A stretch of DNA of 64,000 nucleotides from Prorocentrum cordatum (taxonomy: Eukaryota). A model generated the notes under the pieces. It saw only the letters and a program-made list of their open reading frames with translations. It ran no database searches and was not told the DNA's origin. The stretch covers positions 930,001-994,000 of the forward strand of contig CAUYUJ010000001.1 in assembly GCA_963575745.1 (NCBI GenBank), given 5' to 3'. The position numbers and the translations under genes are program-made. Below are positions 61,511-64,000 of this stretch, piece after piece (the first letter of the stretch is position 1; every line of letters starts with the position of its first letter).

Positions 61511-62857
61511 CCCAGCGCCTGGCCCGCACCAGTGCGAGCCGTTCCCACAGGCGGCGGCGCCATGACCTTGCCGCGCCCTCCGCCGCGCCGCAGACACAGG
61601 TCTCCCCTTGCGCCGCGCATGCCCAGCCCTGGTGCGCTCGGCCACGAGAGGCGCCTGGCGTCCCAGCATCACCTTCCCATCGATTCCATCGACCTCTGAG
61701 CCACTTGGCGGACCTAGTCGCCACACGCCAACCACCCCAGCAGCGCGTGGCACCTTTCCACGCTTTGGCCTTCCCGCCTCTGTTTCCCCCCCCCCCTGCA
61801 CCCCGGCCGCGCGCTGCCGGCCCAGGCAGCGCGCAGCCCCCTCGGCCTCGGCCGCTTCAGCTAAATTGCCCCTGCACCGATTAGGTGCCCCATGACTGGT
61901 CCGCACTATCCTCCCTGGCAGTGCGGGCTTCTCGGCCTTGGCCCCAGTTTTGACAGCCGACGTGACCGCGCGCTGTCCACCCCGGCAGCGAGCGGCCCCC
62001 TAGCCTCAGCTGGCTCTCGCTTCCGTTGCACCGGCTAGATGCCCCCGGTCTTGGCCTACACTGTCCACCCCGGCAGCGCACGACACTACTGCCTCTGCCA
62101 CAGTTTTGTCTTTGGCACGTCCTTTCTCTGCCCTCGGCTGGCAGCCTTGGGCGTGCCGCAGCAGCTATGGCCTGCCTTCCGGGGCAGGGCAAGCGTCCGC
62201 AGCAGACACAGCGCGCGGGCAAGCTGCCTTCCAGCCGCCCGCGCTGCCGCCCCGCCTGCGGGGATCACCCCACAGGCAGGGCGCTTCTCCTCCCCCGCCC
62301 TCTCCTCCCCCATCCCCCTCCTTTCGCTGTCCCTCCCTCCCTCGCGGGCCGCCATGGCGCTCGCGGAGCTGCCGCCGCCGGCAGCCTCCCCTCGCAGTCC
62401 AGCAACCGGGCTTGGTCTTGCCGCCTGACCCCCTCCTCAGGCCCAGCAGTTTGCTGGTTGCAGCCCCACCGCGACTGCACTTGTACCTGCCGCACCTTGT
62501 CACGCGCAACCCACCTGGGCGGCCTGCGGCCCTCGCCCGTTAACCTAGCACCTCGTGTGCTACTTCGACGACATCACGGCTTCGCCGACTTGCAGTACCC
62601 GCACTTGGGCCCCGTCTGCGCCCGCGGGCGCCCAGGCGCCGTGGCCCGGCAGCTGCCACGGCCCCTGCCGCGTCAGCATACTCGGGCTCAGACTCGTCCG
62701 CCCCTTTGGGTGGCCTCTTCCTTCCCCCCTCCCCCCCGCGGCCGCCCGCCTCCCCCCGCTTCCCTCTCTTGCACGCTGGCCAGTTCGCTTTTCGGTGCCC
62801 CGTCTAGCTCCTTCGCTGGTGCAGCCAGCCAGCTCTGCCTCGCCGCCGACGAAAAGA

Positions 62858-63510
62858 GTGTGTGATTGTGTTTGCGTTTGCGTTTGCGTTTGCGTTTGCG
62901 TTTGTGTTTGTGTTTGTGTGTGTGTGGTTGTGTGGTTGTGTTTGTGTGTGTGTTGTGTTTGTGGTGTTGTGTGTTGTGTTTTGTGTGTTGTGTTTATGTT
63001 TGTGTTTGTAGGTTTGTATGTGTCTGTGTGTTTATGTCTGGTTGTGTTTGTGGTTGCGTTTGTGTGTGGAGGCGTGTGTGTGTGTGTGCGTGTGATTGTT
63101 TTGTGTGCGTGTTTGTGTTAGTGTTGGTATGTGTGTTGCTGGTTGTGTTTATGGTTGTGTTTGTGATTGTGTGTGAGTATGTGTTTGGGTGTGTGTGGTG
63201 CGTGGTGTAATTGTATGTGTGTGCGCTTGTGTGTAATTGTGTGTGTCGTGTGTGTGGTGTTGCTTGTATGTGGTTTAATGTTTCGGTTAATGTGTGTGTT
63301 ACTGGTTGTGCTTGTGTTTGTGTGCATGTGTGCTTGTGTTTGCGTGTGTGGTAGTGTTTGTGGTTGTGCTTGTGTTTGTGGTTGTGTGTGTGTTTGTGTT
63401 CGTGTTGTGTGAGTTGTGTGTGTTGTGTGTTTTGTGTGTGTCGTGTGTGTCGTGTGTGTCGTGTGTGTCGTGTGTGTGTGTGTTGTGCGTGTGCGTGTGC
63501 GTGCGCGTGT
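62858..63510. repeat. TG-rich low-complexity tract
   Basis: Direct reading. Confidence 0.97.
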
Positions 63511-64000
63511 TCATCGAAACGATGAACCGACGGTTTTTCTTTGTCGGTCGCCCGGGGGCGTCGGCTCGGTCGACGAAGGATGTGCCGACGAAATGTGGTT
63601 GTTCGTCGCTCAGGCGCTGCCAAGCAACAAAACACAGCTTGCCCGCAGTGCACGAAAGGAACCTCAAGTCGAAAGTTGTCTTTGTTCAGAAATTGGGCAC
63701 GGGGCACGGGCATGGATTTCAGTCGTCACGCATGGGCGCGTGGGCACGGGCATATTTGGCTCCCGCGTGAGCACGGTCATGGATTTCAGTCGTCCAGGAC
63801 GTCCGCGGCAGATTTCGTCGGTTGCGCGGGCCGCAGCAGTCTCGAGCGCCCCTTCGCTCCGTGAATGGCTGCTTGGCGCTGGTGCGGTGGAGGGGGTAGG
63901 TGAGGGAAGTAGCGGGGGAAAGCGGGGGAGGATGAATGAGGAGTGGGGGGGATTTCAGGTGGCAGGATGTTGGGTGGCTTCCCGTCGCACTGATCCGTGA

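Overview
This is eukaryotic, GC-rich, repeat-dominated DNA. It is most likely from a dinoflagellate: there is a near-perfect relic of the 22-nt dinoflagellate spliced leader (DinoSL), and the candidate introns use GA/GC donors with AG|G acceptors. Most ORF-track entries are microsatellite artefacts. Five things are well supported. (1) A multi-exon plus-strand gene for a predicted type I membrane protein at about 40040-44799, with a relic SL upstream, and a second, more tentative low-complexity multi-exon gene across 1-20409. The inferred introns of both are largely built from MITE/foldback repeat families and often have 4-5 bp direct repeats across the splice junctions (Introner-like intron creation). 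(2) A head-to-tail array of about 8 non-autonomous elements separated by (CAA)n at 6.2-15.9 kb. One carries an SL-capped mRNA 5' fragment between 18-bp direct repeats, and another carries a 101-bp satellite. (3) Two decayed non-LTR retrotransposons: RT then RNase H on plus (26.4-29.2 kb), and apparently ORF1, RNase H, AP endonuclease, RT on minus (32-38.6 kb). (4) Several MITE families. (5) Very long TG-rich and other simple-sequence tracts. No rRNA, tRNA or CRISPR array could be supported. All splice models were read by eye and need RNA evidence.
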